NCBI GenBank assembly: GCA_004431415.1
Contig: QPMI01000602.1
Span: 124,001-188,000 of the forward strand
DNA: 64,000 bases
Reading direction: 5' to 3'
Source: Cyanophora paradoxa CCMP329
Lineage: Eukaryota; Plantae; Glaucophyta
Shown: piece by piece, positions 50,810-62,361 of the stretch
Numbering within the stretch: position 1 is the stretch's first letter
Layout: each line of letters starts with the position of its first letter
Program-made: the position numbers and the translations under genes
The notes under the pieces: model-generated
Told to the model about the DNA's origin: nothing
Databases searched by the model: none
What the model saw: the letters and a program-made list of their open reading frames with translations, nothing else

Positions 50810-51874
50810 ATGGAAGTTCTGAAACGTCCGCGCGCGGAGGAGTCCAACGGGCACAATGCTGCTGCTGAAGATCACGAGATCCGCGCCCTGATCGTCGAGT
50901 TCTGTAAGCAGGTGGGCGCGATCAATTCTTGCCGTGCCCACACCCCATGATCGTGTGCTCAGTTCTACACGCTCGGCTGGGTTTCTGGAACGGGAGGAGG
51001 AATTAGTGTGCGCTCGCCCAGCGGCCGTGTTTACGTCGCACCGAAGAAGAAGAAGAGTATGTATAAGACACGCCCGAGCCGGTTGTGCGGTTTTGACGAA
51101 AGGCGAAGGACCCGAAGGCCCGAAGCACAATCGACAGTGAACCAACCAGACAAGGGTAGTGGCGGCGCAAACGCCTTACGGTCTACCATGTATGCCCCGG
51201 CGGTCCGGCGCTCATACACGCAGACACGGAAAGCAACCACAGACATCCCAATGCGGGCCTCTTCCTAATGCCGGCCTGGGGGAGTCCTGGTCACGACCTC
51301 ACGTGGTGCGCCTGATCGATCCGGCGAGCCTCTCCTGCGTCGCGTCGACCGCCTCGCGGCAGGTACAAAAGGAGCGCATCTCCCCGGAGGATCTCTTTGT
51401 CCTGGACGCGAAAGGGGAGACTCTTCAGGCTCCTCTCAACCCGGACTTCAAGCCATCAGCATGCACGCCTTTGTTTATGAACGCGTACCGCATACGGAAC
51501 GCAGGTGCAGACCCCTCTATAAACCGAGCACGCTTCGCACTGAATCCATCGAGCATATTAGGCGCTGTTATCCACAACCACAGCGTCTCGGCGGTGTTGG
51601 CCACTTTGCTGTTTCCGGGCAATGAGTTCAAGTGCACACATTTGGAAATGATCAAGGGTATCGAGGGGCATGGCTACCACGACACGCTTGTCGTCCCCAT
51701 TATCGAAAACAGTGCGTTATATAAGCAGTTTTTCTCAACTCTTGCGTAATTCTCTCTTCAGCCGCATACGAGTGCGATCTTGCCGACAGCTTGGCAGAGG
51801 CCATCGAGAAGTACCCTAAGTCCTCTGCTGTGCTTGTCAGACGTCACGGAGTCTACGGTACGTGTCAGGTTCTG
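50810..51874 (+). pseudogene. APIP: APIP/MtnB copy 2, 3'-truncated and interrupted by a 258-bp insertion
   Basis: Insertion inside the VAPSG codons; lacks the last exon. Confidence 0.88.
51045..51302 (-). mobile_element. Recent 258-bp insertion, probable 3' end of a non-LTR retroelement/SINE with (CTT)n tail
   Basis: Absent from the two sister copies; minus strand ends ..catactcttcttcttct; small target deletion, no TSD. Confidence 0.6.
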
Positions 51875-51879
51875 ACTCC

Positions 51880-52834
51880 AACAGACTCCAATGATGTCGC
51901 ATCTCTCTCTCGCCCAGAACTTTCTGATCAAGCAGGTAACTAACTTTTGCTTGGAGCTCGAGCGGGGCAGCCGCTGACCGCGGTGCTTGTGCGCAGTACA
52001 ACTTCTGGTCCCGCTGGAAGGATGCGCGGCTGTCTTCCGTCCAGAAGAGCGGAGGGAGCGCCCGCGCCGTTTCTGCTTCCCGAAAGCGCGCCGCCAGCTC
52101 CGAACTTCTTCCGGCAACGCGGCGATCCTCGAGGAGAGCCCGCCCAGTGCACAACTCCGAGTTCGAAGGAGAGACAGCGACAGTGGAAGCTGAGCCTGAT
52201 CGGCCCGATCACCTGCCGCTGCAGCCTCCGACCGTCTCAGCTCCGACCAGCCCTTGCTTCGTTAGAAAGTTGCTGGCTTGCGCAGGGCGGAATCTCAGCA
52301 TTTCTCAGGCTGAGATCTCTAAGATCGTCTCGGAAATCTCCGGCGACGGTGGCGAGCTCGAGCCGTCCGTGCACGGGTTGATCCTTCTTCTTCACCGGTG
52401 GTGAAATCCGTTTCTTTTTTGTCTGGTTTGCTGGGTCTCACCGCGTCTGCTGCACGCTTGTACGCAGGCCGTTCCGCATTGACCTCTGCGTCGAGATCAA
52501 GCGACTCCTCCTCTCCGTGCTGCGCGTGTCCAACATTCCGACGCATTTCGCGGTCAGCGACTTCTCCGTCGGTGACTCCTTTTCTGCAAATCGCCACGAA
52601 TCGCACATCTGAATTTGCTCCGCAGGCGCATCCGTTCTCGAGCGCCTTTTCCAAGAGCAGGACAACTTTTCTTTAGTGGTGGAGGCACACCATTTCGAAC
52701 AGCAAACACCGACTGGCAGAGGAATATGGTTGGAAGACGAGGACGAGGAGAACCTGGACGATGACCTGAAGCCAGCAGATCCCAATGCAGCCCCGGAGGT
52801 GTCCACTTTCTCTGTCGATGATTTCTTCGCATGA
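51880..52834 (+). pseudogene. Second 5'-truncated copy of the 45558-46815 hypothetical gene
   Basis: Part of tandem unit 3. Confidence 0.5.
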
Positions 52835-53922
52835 GGTAGACACTTGGCTTCGATCCTTTTCGCATTGGGAGCTTCTTTTGCATGTCTTTTTCTGATTTCA
52901 ATTCAAATTATGCGTGTACGTCACGCAATTCCAGATTTCAGGCAGAAAATTTTGATGAAAACAGCCAGTACTATAGCTATATATTTAGCATAGCTCGTTG
53001 CAGTAGATCTATATCTAGAGTTTCTCTTGTCTCTTGCTTGAGTACATCCGATGCATAGAATATCAATCACCTCAAGCTTGTCAAATTGAACTTGTAACAT
53101 GGAAGGTGCCGCAGTGCAAAATATATTTGCAACTTTGCAAGATTGCGTGTATGTCCCTGCCCGTTCCCCGGGCCTGATTCGAATCCCTGCAGCGGCCGGT
53201 GATGCATATGCATCTACTAGGCTAGCGAGCACGTTGCAGTTGGCGCCAGCCCGTGTGTCATGATATACATGATCAATATCATGATCATGATGGAGCCGCT
53301 GAGCCTGGGAGGTCTCATTTGGCTTATGTGCATGTCGCATATGCATTGGGACACGTACTAAAACGTTAACGCAGGTCCGGGCTACAAGTGTGGCCCATGG
53401 CCAGTACTAGTGGGAAAGTACACTGCAGCTGCAGCTGCAGCTGCGGCCGCCGCGCGGCCGCGGGCCGGCGCCCAGCCCACCAGCAAGCTGGCCGACCGGG
53501 CCCTGCGTGTCTGCTTCGATTCAATGATTCTATTTATAATAATTATAGTTCTAGATCTAGCTATAGCTATATATATAGATCTACTGGGCTAGATCGATAT
53601 TTGTTATATCCGATGATCAATATTAACAATGGAATGTTGATCATCTGGCGGCAGTACGTCCGACCGATGACCGCGCGCGCTGCTGCGTGCATGTTCCAAG
53701 TTCTTCCAACGCATGCATGCATGCGCCGCGGCGCCGGGCTCGCGGGGTGCACGTGCTCGACTGAAAGAATCACCCAGCGGGGGTATACGTATACTTATCA
53801 GGTCAGGTCTCGGTAGTGTCCGAGCCCGCGACGGCCGCATCCATTAGCCAACGGTCGAACTGCAAGTAGCAGCAGCCCAACGAGCTTTCCAGGCGCAGCG
53901 CAGTTCGCTTCACATCGATATC

Positions 53923-54886
53923 ATGGAAGTTCTGAAACGTCCGCGCGCGGAGGAGTCCAACGGGCACAATGCTGCTGCTGAAGATCACGAGATCCGCGCC
54001 CTGATCGTCGAGCTCTGTAAGCAGGTGGGCGCGATCAATTCTTGCCGTGCCCACACCCCATGATCGTGTGCTCAGTTCTACACGCTCGGCTGGGTTTCTG
54101 GAACGGGAGGAGGAATTAGTGTGCGCTCGCCCAGCGGCCGTGTTTACGTCGCACCGAGTGGGGTGCGCCTGATCGATCCGGCGAGCCTCTCCTGCGTCGC
54201 GTCGACCGCCTCGCGGCAGGTACAAAAGGAGCGCATCTCCCCGGAGGATCTCTTTGTCCTGGACGCGAAAGGGGAGACTCTTCAGGCTCCTCTCAACCCG
54301 GACTTCAAGCCATCAGCATGCACGCCTTTGTTTATGAACGCGTACCGCATACGGAACGCAGGTGCAGACCCCTCTATAAACGGAGCACGCTTCGCACTGA
54401 ATCCATCGAGCATATTAGGCGCTGTTATCCACAACCACAGCGTCTCGGCGGTGTTGGCCACTTTGCTGTTTCCGGGCAATGAGTTCAAGTGCACACATTT
54501 GGAAATGATCAAGGGTATTGAGGGGCATGGCTACCACGACACGCTTGTCGTCCCCATTATCGAAAACAGTGCGTTATATAAGCAGTTTTTCTCAACTCTT
54601 GCGTAATTCTCTCTCTCCAGCCGCATACGAGTGCGATCTTGCCGACAGCTTGGCAGAGGCCATCGAGAAGTACCCTAAGTCCTCTGCTGTGCTTGTCAGA
54701 CGTCACGGAGTCTACGGTACGTGTCAGGTTCTGTCGGTTTTGCACTCTCCAACGCCCCCTGTAGTGTGGGGAAAGGACTGGAAGCAGGCAAAGACTCATG
54801 CCGAATGCTACGACTATCTCTTCTCTGCAGCCGTGGAAATGAAGAAGTTAGGCTTCGACCCATCTGCAGTTCCGAAGGCGCAGTGA
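53923..54886 (+). CDS. APIP: Methylthioribulose-1-phosphate dehydratase (intact copy)
   Basis: [71 protein letters not shown]. Confidence 0.95.
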
Positions 54887-55382
54887 AAAAAACGTGTAGA
54901 ATTTTTAAATTAATTGGATGACAGCTGTGCTATCAGCTGCAGTCCGAGTTCGAAGGAGAGACAGCAGCCACAGTGAAAGCTAGAGAGTCGCTTTGCATGT
55001 GTGATTACAAGCGCCCCGTCTGCTAGTCGTAAGTCGTGGTTCAGATTATAATTATGCCTATAAAACGCATCTATCATATATAGACTGTAATACTGTCAGA
55101 AGCACAAGTACTGACTCAGTGAGAAAGACGATCTCGTTTTCGTCCAGAAGGACTCTGGGACTGCATTGACTCCCTATAGACTAGTACTGGTACTTGAGAG
55201 CGAGGGCGGCGACACTAGTACTATAGCTAGCTTCAAGCTTTCAAAGTTTAAAAACAGACCTTTGTGTATAGTACGATTGCCGCAGTGCGATTAGGCTGTA
55301 AGATCTACAATTGCAATTACTGAAGGAAGGCATGATAAGATCTAGAGCCTCGGAGCAGCCGTGACCCCCTTCCCCTCCTCAA

Positions 55383-55424
55383 CCCCCCCCCCCCCAACAC
55401 ACACACACACACACACACACACAC
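55383..55424. repeat. Poly-C plus (CA)n microsatellite
   Basis: Directly visible. Confidence 0.9.
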
Positions 55425-55511
55425 AGCAGCGGTAGTGGTTTTTGGTACCGGTTTCAAGCGCACGAAGGCTAGGAGTGTCTGGCGCGCCTGTAGCTAGAAA
55501 GAGCAGCTGTG

Positions 55512-57898
55512 CTAGGACCACATTCTGAAACTGCAATCAGAGCCACTCGAAAGGAGGTACTTGCCGAATGGGTCGAAGACTACAGACTGCACTGCATCCT
55601 CATGTCCCTTCAACTCTTGCACCAAGCGATTCTGCAGCATGTTGTATCTGCCAAGTGGTTGTCAGATTATCGAAACCATGTAGAAAGCAAGACATGAGTT
55701 GCGCACATCCGAATGATTGCATCGTCACAGGCAACAGCAAGAACGTGGCCACTCCTATCGAAAGCACACTTGTTTGCTGGATGCACGCTCGTCTGGAACT
55801 GTCCACGCTCCTGAACCATCCTCACATCCCACAGTTTCACCACACCATCCGCATCCGTGGAGGCTATAGTGTCACCCTTCACGCAAGGTGATCAGCCCAA
55901 TCTGAATTTGAAGCCAATACTGCTTACCTTGAGATTAAAAGTTGCATGGTTGCATGCATTCTGATGACCATAGAATGTCTGGATACACAGCCCAGTCCGA
56001 ATGTCCCACAGCGATACTGTCTTGTCTCCAGAGCCAGTGCAGACGAAGTTTGAGAAGGGCTGGAAGGTGACACAGTTGATGGAGTCTACGTGACCTCTTA
56101 AGGTCTGCCGGCACCGCTGACTGCTCCAGTGTCAGGGACCACGAATCAGGCGAGCAACTAGGATCACAAATCATACCTGTTGAGGTCCCACACCTTTGCC
56201 GTGTGATCCATAGATGCACTCACCAAAAAGTCACCAAGATCATGGAAAGCAACAGACCAGACAGCCTGTACAAGGCCGATGTGAATCAGGGGACCACACT
56301 GGGAACCAAAAAAGATTGAAGCTGACTTGAGTGTGGTCTGTAAATGTTGCGGCACACACAGAATGTGCAAAGTCCCAGACTTTGACAGTGCCATCGCCTG
56401 ATCCAGTAGCAAGATGAGTCCCCCTACAAGATATGTAAGATGTGTGCTCGGAAGCAAATTTTTGACAATTGAACTGGAGCACCTTGGGTGAAAGTCGCAG
56501 CCAGCAACCCAATCTTTGTGGCCATCGCCGCTCATAATTAAGTCGCCATTAGGCAATGCCCACATCTTCCATGTTGCATCATCTGATACAGTTGCGACAA
56601 TGGCCTTTTTGGGATGCAGCGCCATACTGCTGCCTGGGTGAGCATGTTTGACAGAAAATTCAACTGCAAAATGACCGTACGCGCTAATTGGCCTGGTGTG
56701 GCCCTTGAATGTCTTCGTCAAATTCATCCGCTCAGCATTCGCTGGTTCGAAGGAAAGGTTGAGATAGGGGTTGACCCTGTCCTCTGCAGGAAGAGTAGAA
56801 TCCTTCCCCTTCTTCTTAGCTTTCTTGTCTGTTTCGGCCTGTGCACTTGGTGCCTTCATCGCCTCAAGCTGCTTAATCGTGGCCTCCAGACCCTCCACCT
56901 AATTTGAATTTGAGGAAGCACCACATGGAGACGTGAGCGTGCACACCTTGGCGCTTAGCCGATCCCTCTCCAATCGCATGAGCATCTTCTCTTTCATCGC
57001 GACCTCGTATTTGTGTCGCAGCTCTGCTATGGCGGGTTCGTAATTCGAGTAGTGCTTCTTAACGCGTTTCAGATCCACGAGAAGCTTGTTCTTCTCTTGT
57101 ACGACGCGCTTGTGATGCATCCGATGAAAGTCCCTCTCTTTCCTAAGCTTTTCCCAAGTCCCTCTTGCTTTTCTGCGGTGTAGAACTTTTCAGAAAGTTG
57201 AATCAAATTCGAAGGCAGCCAAGGCCGCACTCCGCAACCTCCTTTGCGCGCTCCACTTCCGCTTGCATGCTGCTAATCATGTCCTCCAGCTGCTGGTTCT
57301 TTACATATATGTCCGGAACTGGCCCCATTTCGTCTGTACGTAGCTTTCCTTTGCGCGTGAGCTCGAACCATTCGGTCTGCTCGCAGTATCATCGGCCGAC
57401 AGCAAGAGCCCGTGCTTGCTCACTGACCTGGAACATGTCCAGAGTGCGCTGAAGCCCCATCTTCACCAAGAAGTTCCGGATGAAATCATCGATGAGCTCC
57501 TGGCGCCTCGCAAGGGAAGGCTCCGCAGGCGCCTTCACTGGCTGGCTCTGGATGCTCACTGCGGAGGCGTTGAGCCCTGCCCGCGGTGCGCAGTACGATG
57601 TAGGCGCACCTGCTGTTGTCTTCCGCTTCAACATTTCAAGAGCCTTCTCGAAGTCCTCTGGCTCCTCCTCGCTTTCACTCTCGTCCAAGGGCACTTCCTC
57701 GTACGTGCTGTGGGGGCTTAGCTATAAGCGCACCAAGCAGGCCGCAGGCCGCTAGCACTCACATATCGTCGTCATCGTCATCGAGCTCCACCTCTGCGCA
57801 GTGGGAGACGTAGCTAAGGGCCGGGAGGGGTGGGGCAGCGCCGGGTCCGGCGCACGTTCGAGCACGAAAGCCTCCTCGTCTTTCTTATCGTCAGCCAT
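55512..57898 (-). CDS. SPAG16: SPAG16/PF20 central-pair WD40 protein
   Basis: IDDFIRNFLVKMGLQRTLDMFQ/TEWFE, KERDFHRMHHKRVVQEKNKL, KEKMLMRLERDR, WD40 repeats, SGSDCSFRMWS*. Confidence 0.94.
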
Positions 57899-58190
57899 TG
57901 TCAAGCAACACCCGGAGCTACCGGGACAACCGCCCCCGCTTGCTCGCCCTCGAGGCGCTGATAGACGCTTCCAGGCTAGCGACGGCACGAGGTTTCAGAC
58001 GCTTTTGACCAACAGCTGCTTTCGCGCCCGGGGGGCACTGCACTGGGGCCTCGGCGCTCAGCAAAAATATGCGTGGTAGTGCTATACCCTGGACCGGGGC
58101 AGTGTACGTGTACCCGTTCGTCTAGGAAGTATCTCGCAGAAAGTGCGGTCCTCCTCCAGCTGCGCGCGCGCCCCGCTGACGCGCGCGCAG

Positions 58191-59060
58191 ATGGCCTTTG
58201 TCAACGTTGGTGCGGCTCTCGTTCGCGGCGCGGCGGTTCCGTCCGTCGCACCGTCGGCTGCCACCTGCGAGGCCAGCCCGGCCCGCCCGGCTGCCCGCGG
58301 CCGCACTTTCTTCGGCTTCGAGCGCCGCGCGGTTGTTCAGGAGTCGTCTTCCAGCGCCCGCTTCGTCCGCAGCGCGGCAGCCGTCAGCCAGGCCGGTGTA
58401 CGCATGGCGGTCGAGATTGCGGCCGCGACTGTGAAGGAGCTCCGCGAGCGCACTGGCGCGGGTATGATGGACTGCAAGAAGGCCCTGCAGGAGTGCAACG
58501 GCGACATGGACGAGGCCGCCGAGTTCCTCCGCAAGAAGGGTATCGTCTCGGCCGAGAAGAAGGCCTCCCGCGCGGCTAAGGACGGCCTCGTCGCCACTTA
58601 CATCCACCACTCGAACCGCCTTGGTGTGCTTGTCGAGGTCAACTGCGAAACCGACTTCGTGGCCCGCCGTGACGAGTTCCGGGAGATCGTCAACAACATT
58701 GCCATGCAGATCGCTGCGTCGGAGACCGTCGAGTACGTCTCCAGGAATGAGATCCCCGAGGATGTCCGCGCTAAGGAGGTTGAGATCGAGATGAAGCGCG
58801 AGGATCTGGCCAAGAAGCCCGAGAACATCCGCTCGAAGATCGTCGAGGGCCGCGTTGACAAGCTCATGCAGGAGCGCTGCCTCCTTGAGCAGCCTTTCCT
58901 CCGCGATGACAAGATCACCGTCGAGGAGTACATCAAGCAGGGCATTTCCCTCCTCGGCGAGAACATCCAGGTCCGAGACACTCTGAATTGCTCGCTTTTC
59001 TTCTTTTGATTAGTCGTTGCGAAGGTCCGGCGGTTCGCGAAGTTCGTCATTGGCGCGTAG
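58191..59060 (+). CDS. tsf: Plastid elongation factor Ts (short cyanobacterial type) with transit peptide
   Basis: MAFVNV..; VKELRERTGAGMMDCKKAL, LVEVNCETDFVARRDEF, LGENIQ/VRRFAKFVIGA*. Confidence 0.96.
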
Positions 59061-59346
59061 ATTCGATAGCTCGTAGGTTTTTTCAATTTAAGCGAATTGT
59101 CGTTCACCAGGCTCCGGAGGGGGAGGGGGAGGGGTTCCATCATCATAAGGCACAGCTCGAGGGCACGCGCAGGGCCGCAATGTTCGATCAACTCGTGGCA
59201 TGCGTATACGTAGGACCCATGAGCACATGAGATCATAATCCGATACACACATCGCAGTCTTCGATTGGAAAATTTATAGAACTCTTAAAGTACACGCCCT
59301 TGCAAAACTAGGGCACCCGTTGAGGGTAGACAGGGGATACCAGAAA

Positions 59347-61138
59347 TCAGCTGAGATCACTCCACGAGACAATGCCCCTCAGCACTCCGACAAACAGGCT
59401 GAACAGAACCTCCGCGTCCTTGGGGCCCGACGCGCTCTCCGGGTGGAACTGAACACTGAAGAAAGGCTTCGACTTGCATCGGATGCCCTCGCTAGAACCA
59501 TCGCTCGCATTGACAAAATAGGGTTCCCACTGCACAGTGCGACTGTCAGCACGATGAAACCAGAAAGAGTCATCATCGCACATCGGCCGGCAGAGTGTCG
59601 TTGTCAACAGCGAAGCCATGGTTCTGTACAGTGATGTAGGCCTTGCCAGTCGACACGTCCACGCATCTGGGCGCAGGTGTTCAAACAGCTAAGACGAGAA
59701 GGCGCGCGCAGGGCTTACGGCTGATTCTGTCCACGGTTCCCGAACTTCAGCTTATAGGTCTGAGCTCCAGCCGCCAAAGAGAGCAGCTGGTTGCCGAGGC
59801 AAATGCCGAAGATGGGCTTGTCCGTCTGCGTCGCAGCATGATGCGAGGAAACAAGGACTGACACGGGATGGCGGATACCTGGAGAGCCTTTTTGATGTTT
59901 GCAATGGTCGGCTCGCAGACGACGGGATCGCCAGGGCCGTTGCTGATGAACAGGCCGTCGTACTCTAGAGTGTTGAAGTCGTAGTCCCATGGGACGCGAA
60001 TGACCTCCGCACCGAAGCCCAGGAAGATCCGAATCTTTAGGTGGGAAAAAAGAAATCCTCTCAGAGAAGAACTTCATGGGGCAGGATGCACGCGACGAAC
60101 CATGTTGTTCTTCATTCCGCAATCAACGCAAACGACCTTGAGGGGCTTTCCATCCTTGTTCATAACGGGCGCGTCTGGCTTGTACCGCTGGACCTTGTCG
60201 ATACTGACTTCAGCGACGAGGTTACGCTTGTTGATGTCCTCGAACGGGATGTCCTCGTTGTTGAAGGTAATCCTAAAACCCGCGGCACTATGAGGGCAGA
60301 ACAAAACCAGCGGAGATTCGAGCGTACTTGGCAAGCATGGAGCCGGTCGAACGGAGCTTGCGCGTGAGGGAGCGAGTATCAACCCCGTAAAGAGCTGGAA
60401 TGTTGTTCTCAATAAGCCAGGACTTCAGAGACCGCGTCGCCTCCCAGTGGCTGTAGTTGTCGTTGTAGTTGCGGACGATGAGAGCCGCGCACTGAGGCGC
60501 GCTTAGGGAAACATTAACACTGGCGCCGGCCGCTCAAGTACCTGAATCTTGTCAGACTCGAACGTGTTCGGGAGGCCAAACTCGTCGAGCTCCCACTCGG
60601 GGACGCCATAGTTCCCGGCCTCCGGATACGTAAGGACGAGGATCTGGCCTGGCGTTGGAGAACGATGAGAGGCGTCCGAGAAGAGCCATTTGACGCCCCG
60701 CACCGCGCCACGACGGATCGGTCAGGATCTCAGGGTAGCCGACCATACCGGTCGTGAAGACGGCCTCTCCGGCGACGCTACGTTCGGCACCAAACGAGAA
60801 GCCCTCGATCACCGTGCCATCCTCGAGAGTGAGCTTGCCCTTGACGAGCTGAGGAAGGCGATCAGCACGACGAGTCGCGCAGCTCGAAAGGTCAGCACCT
60901 TCTCGGCCGCGACAGCGGGAGTCGCCGCAGGGGCAGCCTCCGCGGAGACGGCGAAGCGATGCTGGGGCCGAGCGCGTGCCTCGAAAGTGGGGACATGTGG
61001 CGCGAACGACCGCAGGCGACTCTGCCTGTTGACCTTCGGCGCTCGGGGTGCCTGGACGGCGGGGCACGCAGACGACGAAGCGGACGCAACGGCCTGCGAG
61101 CGGGCCGCGGTCTGGACTACGGGGCTGGTGAAGGCCAT
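59347..61138 (-). CDS. carA: Carbamoyl-phosphate synthase small (glutaminase) subunit with transit peptide
   Basis: MAFTSP..; [53 protein letters not shown]. Confidence 0.93.
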
Positions 61139-61328
61139 GACACAGTCAAGCGCGAACCGCTTAAACACCCCTACCCCCGGGCCCCGTCCCCGGTCCCCGC
61201 GGAGGGGGTATAAGTTCGCCCGAACTGGTGCGCGCGGTTAGCCAGGCGCTCCCTCGCGGGCCGTCGGAGCTGAACCTGCGATCTCGGATCTGACCCCGCG
61301 CGTGCCTTCCGCCCCGCAGATCTTCGTC

Positions 61329-62115
61329 ATGTCACAGAACGCGGCCGCTGCGTTCACGTTCGGGCCTGCAGCTCTGCTCAGCGGCAGCTGCAGCAGGGCT
61401 CCGGCAGTTCCGCGCAGCTCGGCGGTCTGCCTCGGCAGCCGGTCGGCGCGTCGCCTGCCACGTGCGGCGGGGCGTGCACGGACCGTGTTCAGCGCCGAGC
61501 CCGCTGTCCGGCTCGAGCTTCAGGGCACTCCTGTCGGCATTAGGGGCCAGAGCGTTGGCGACGCTTCCGCCGGCATCCGCGCCGAGCTCGACGAGCGCGC
61601 GAAGGCGGAGTCTAGCAAGGCGCCTCTCGTATTGGAGACTGAAATCATCGTTGAGGAGGATGAGGACGAGGATGAGAACGTTGCTGTGCGCGTCTGCCGC
61701 GCGCGCAGTCCGTGCGCGTCTGCCGTCTCTGAAACGCCCCCGCTTAGAACAAGTTGAACCGCGTGAGTGCCACGAGCGTGGGCGACTTCGATAATCCTAG
61801 CTTCGAGTGCCCTTATCCGAACGACAAGATCAAGGGCGGCCGCATCACCTTTGACGAGCAGGTGCCCTCCTCGCCCTTTCTAGTCGGACGCACGCTGATG
61901 CCCCGTCGGCGCAGGTCGCTATTGCGAAGCGCCTGACTGCGGACTGGGAGTACGACCGGTTGATGGAAGTGTACGAGCGGAAGCGTCTGTTTGGCATGAC
62001 TCCGCGCGCGGAAGTCATCAACGGCCGTGTGGCAATGCTGGGACTGCTCCTTGGCTGGCTCACGGAGCGCATCACAGGCTTCACGTTCCTGGAACAGATT
62101 GGGCTCGGAAACTAA
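61329..62115 (+). CDS. One-helix LHC-like protein (HLIP/OHP) with long N-terminal extension
   Basis: Transit peptide MSQNAAAAF..; C-terminal FGMTPRAEVINGRVAMLGLLLGWLTERITG. Confidence 0.85.
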
Positions 62116-62152
62116 TAACTTTCTTCTCCCCCTTGTGCATTTTTGTCTTCTC

Positions 62153-62361
62153 GTAATCGTAATCAAAAGACGTCCGACCTAAGCTCAGTCATCCAACCCC
62201 TAATCGTAATCGTAACTCAGTAATTCAAAGACGCCCAACCCCCCATGATCAGGGCCTTATCGTAATATTAATTCAAAGACGTCCGACCTAACTTAGTAAG
62301 CTCAGCCACATGGTCAGCCAACCCCTAATTATATAATCGTAATCGTAACTCAGTAATTCAA
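62153..62361. repeat. Degenerate tandem repeat (cgtaatcgtaat..aaagacgtccgacctaa..ccaacccctaa)
   Basis: 3-4 partial units differing by palindromic micro-insertions. Confidence 0.75.

Larger units (their letters stand above)
45861..54733. repeat. Tandem triplication; units 45861-48738 (2878 bp), 48739-51879 (3141 bp), 51880-54733
   Basis: Near-identical units; identical junction gttctg-actcc-aacagactcc at both boundaries. Confidence 0.95.

Noticed and set aside
51085-51135. Hammerhead ribozyme in the insertion
   Set aside because: The CUGANGA and GAAA core motifs are not both present
62153-62361. CRISPR array or telomeric repeat
   Set aside because: Irregular degenerate units with no unique spacers; CCCCTAA occurs only as isolated copies
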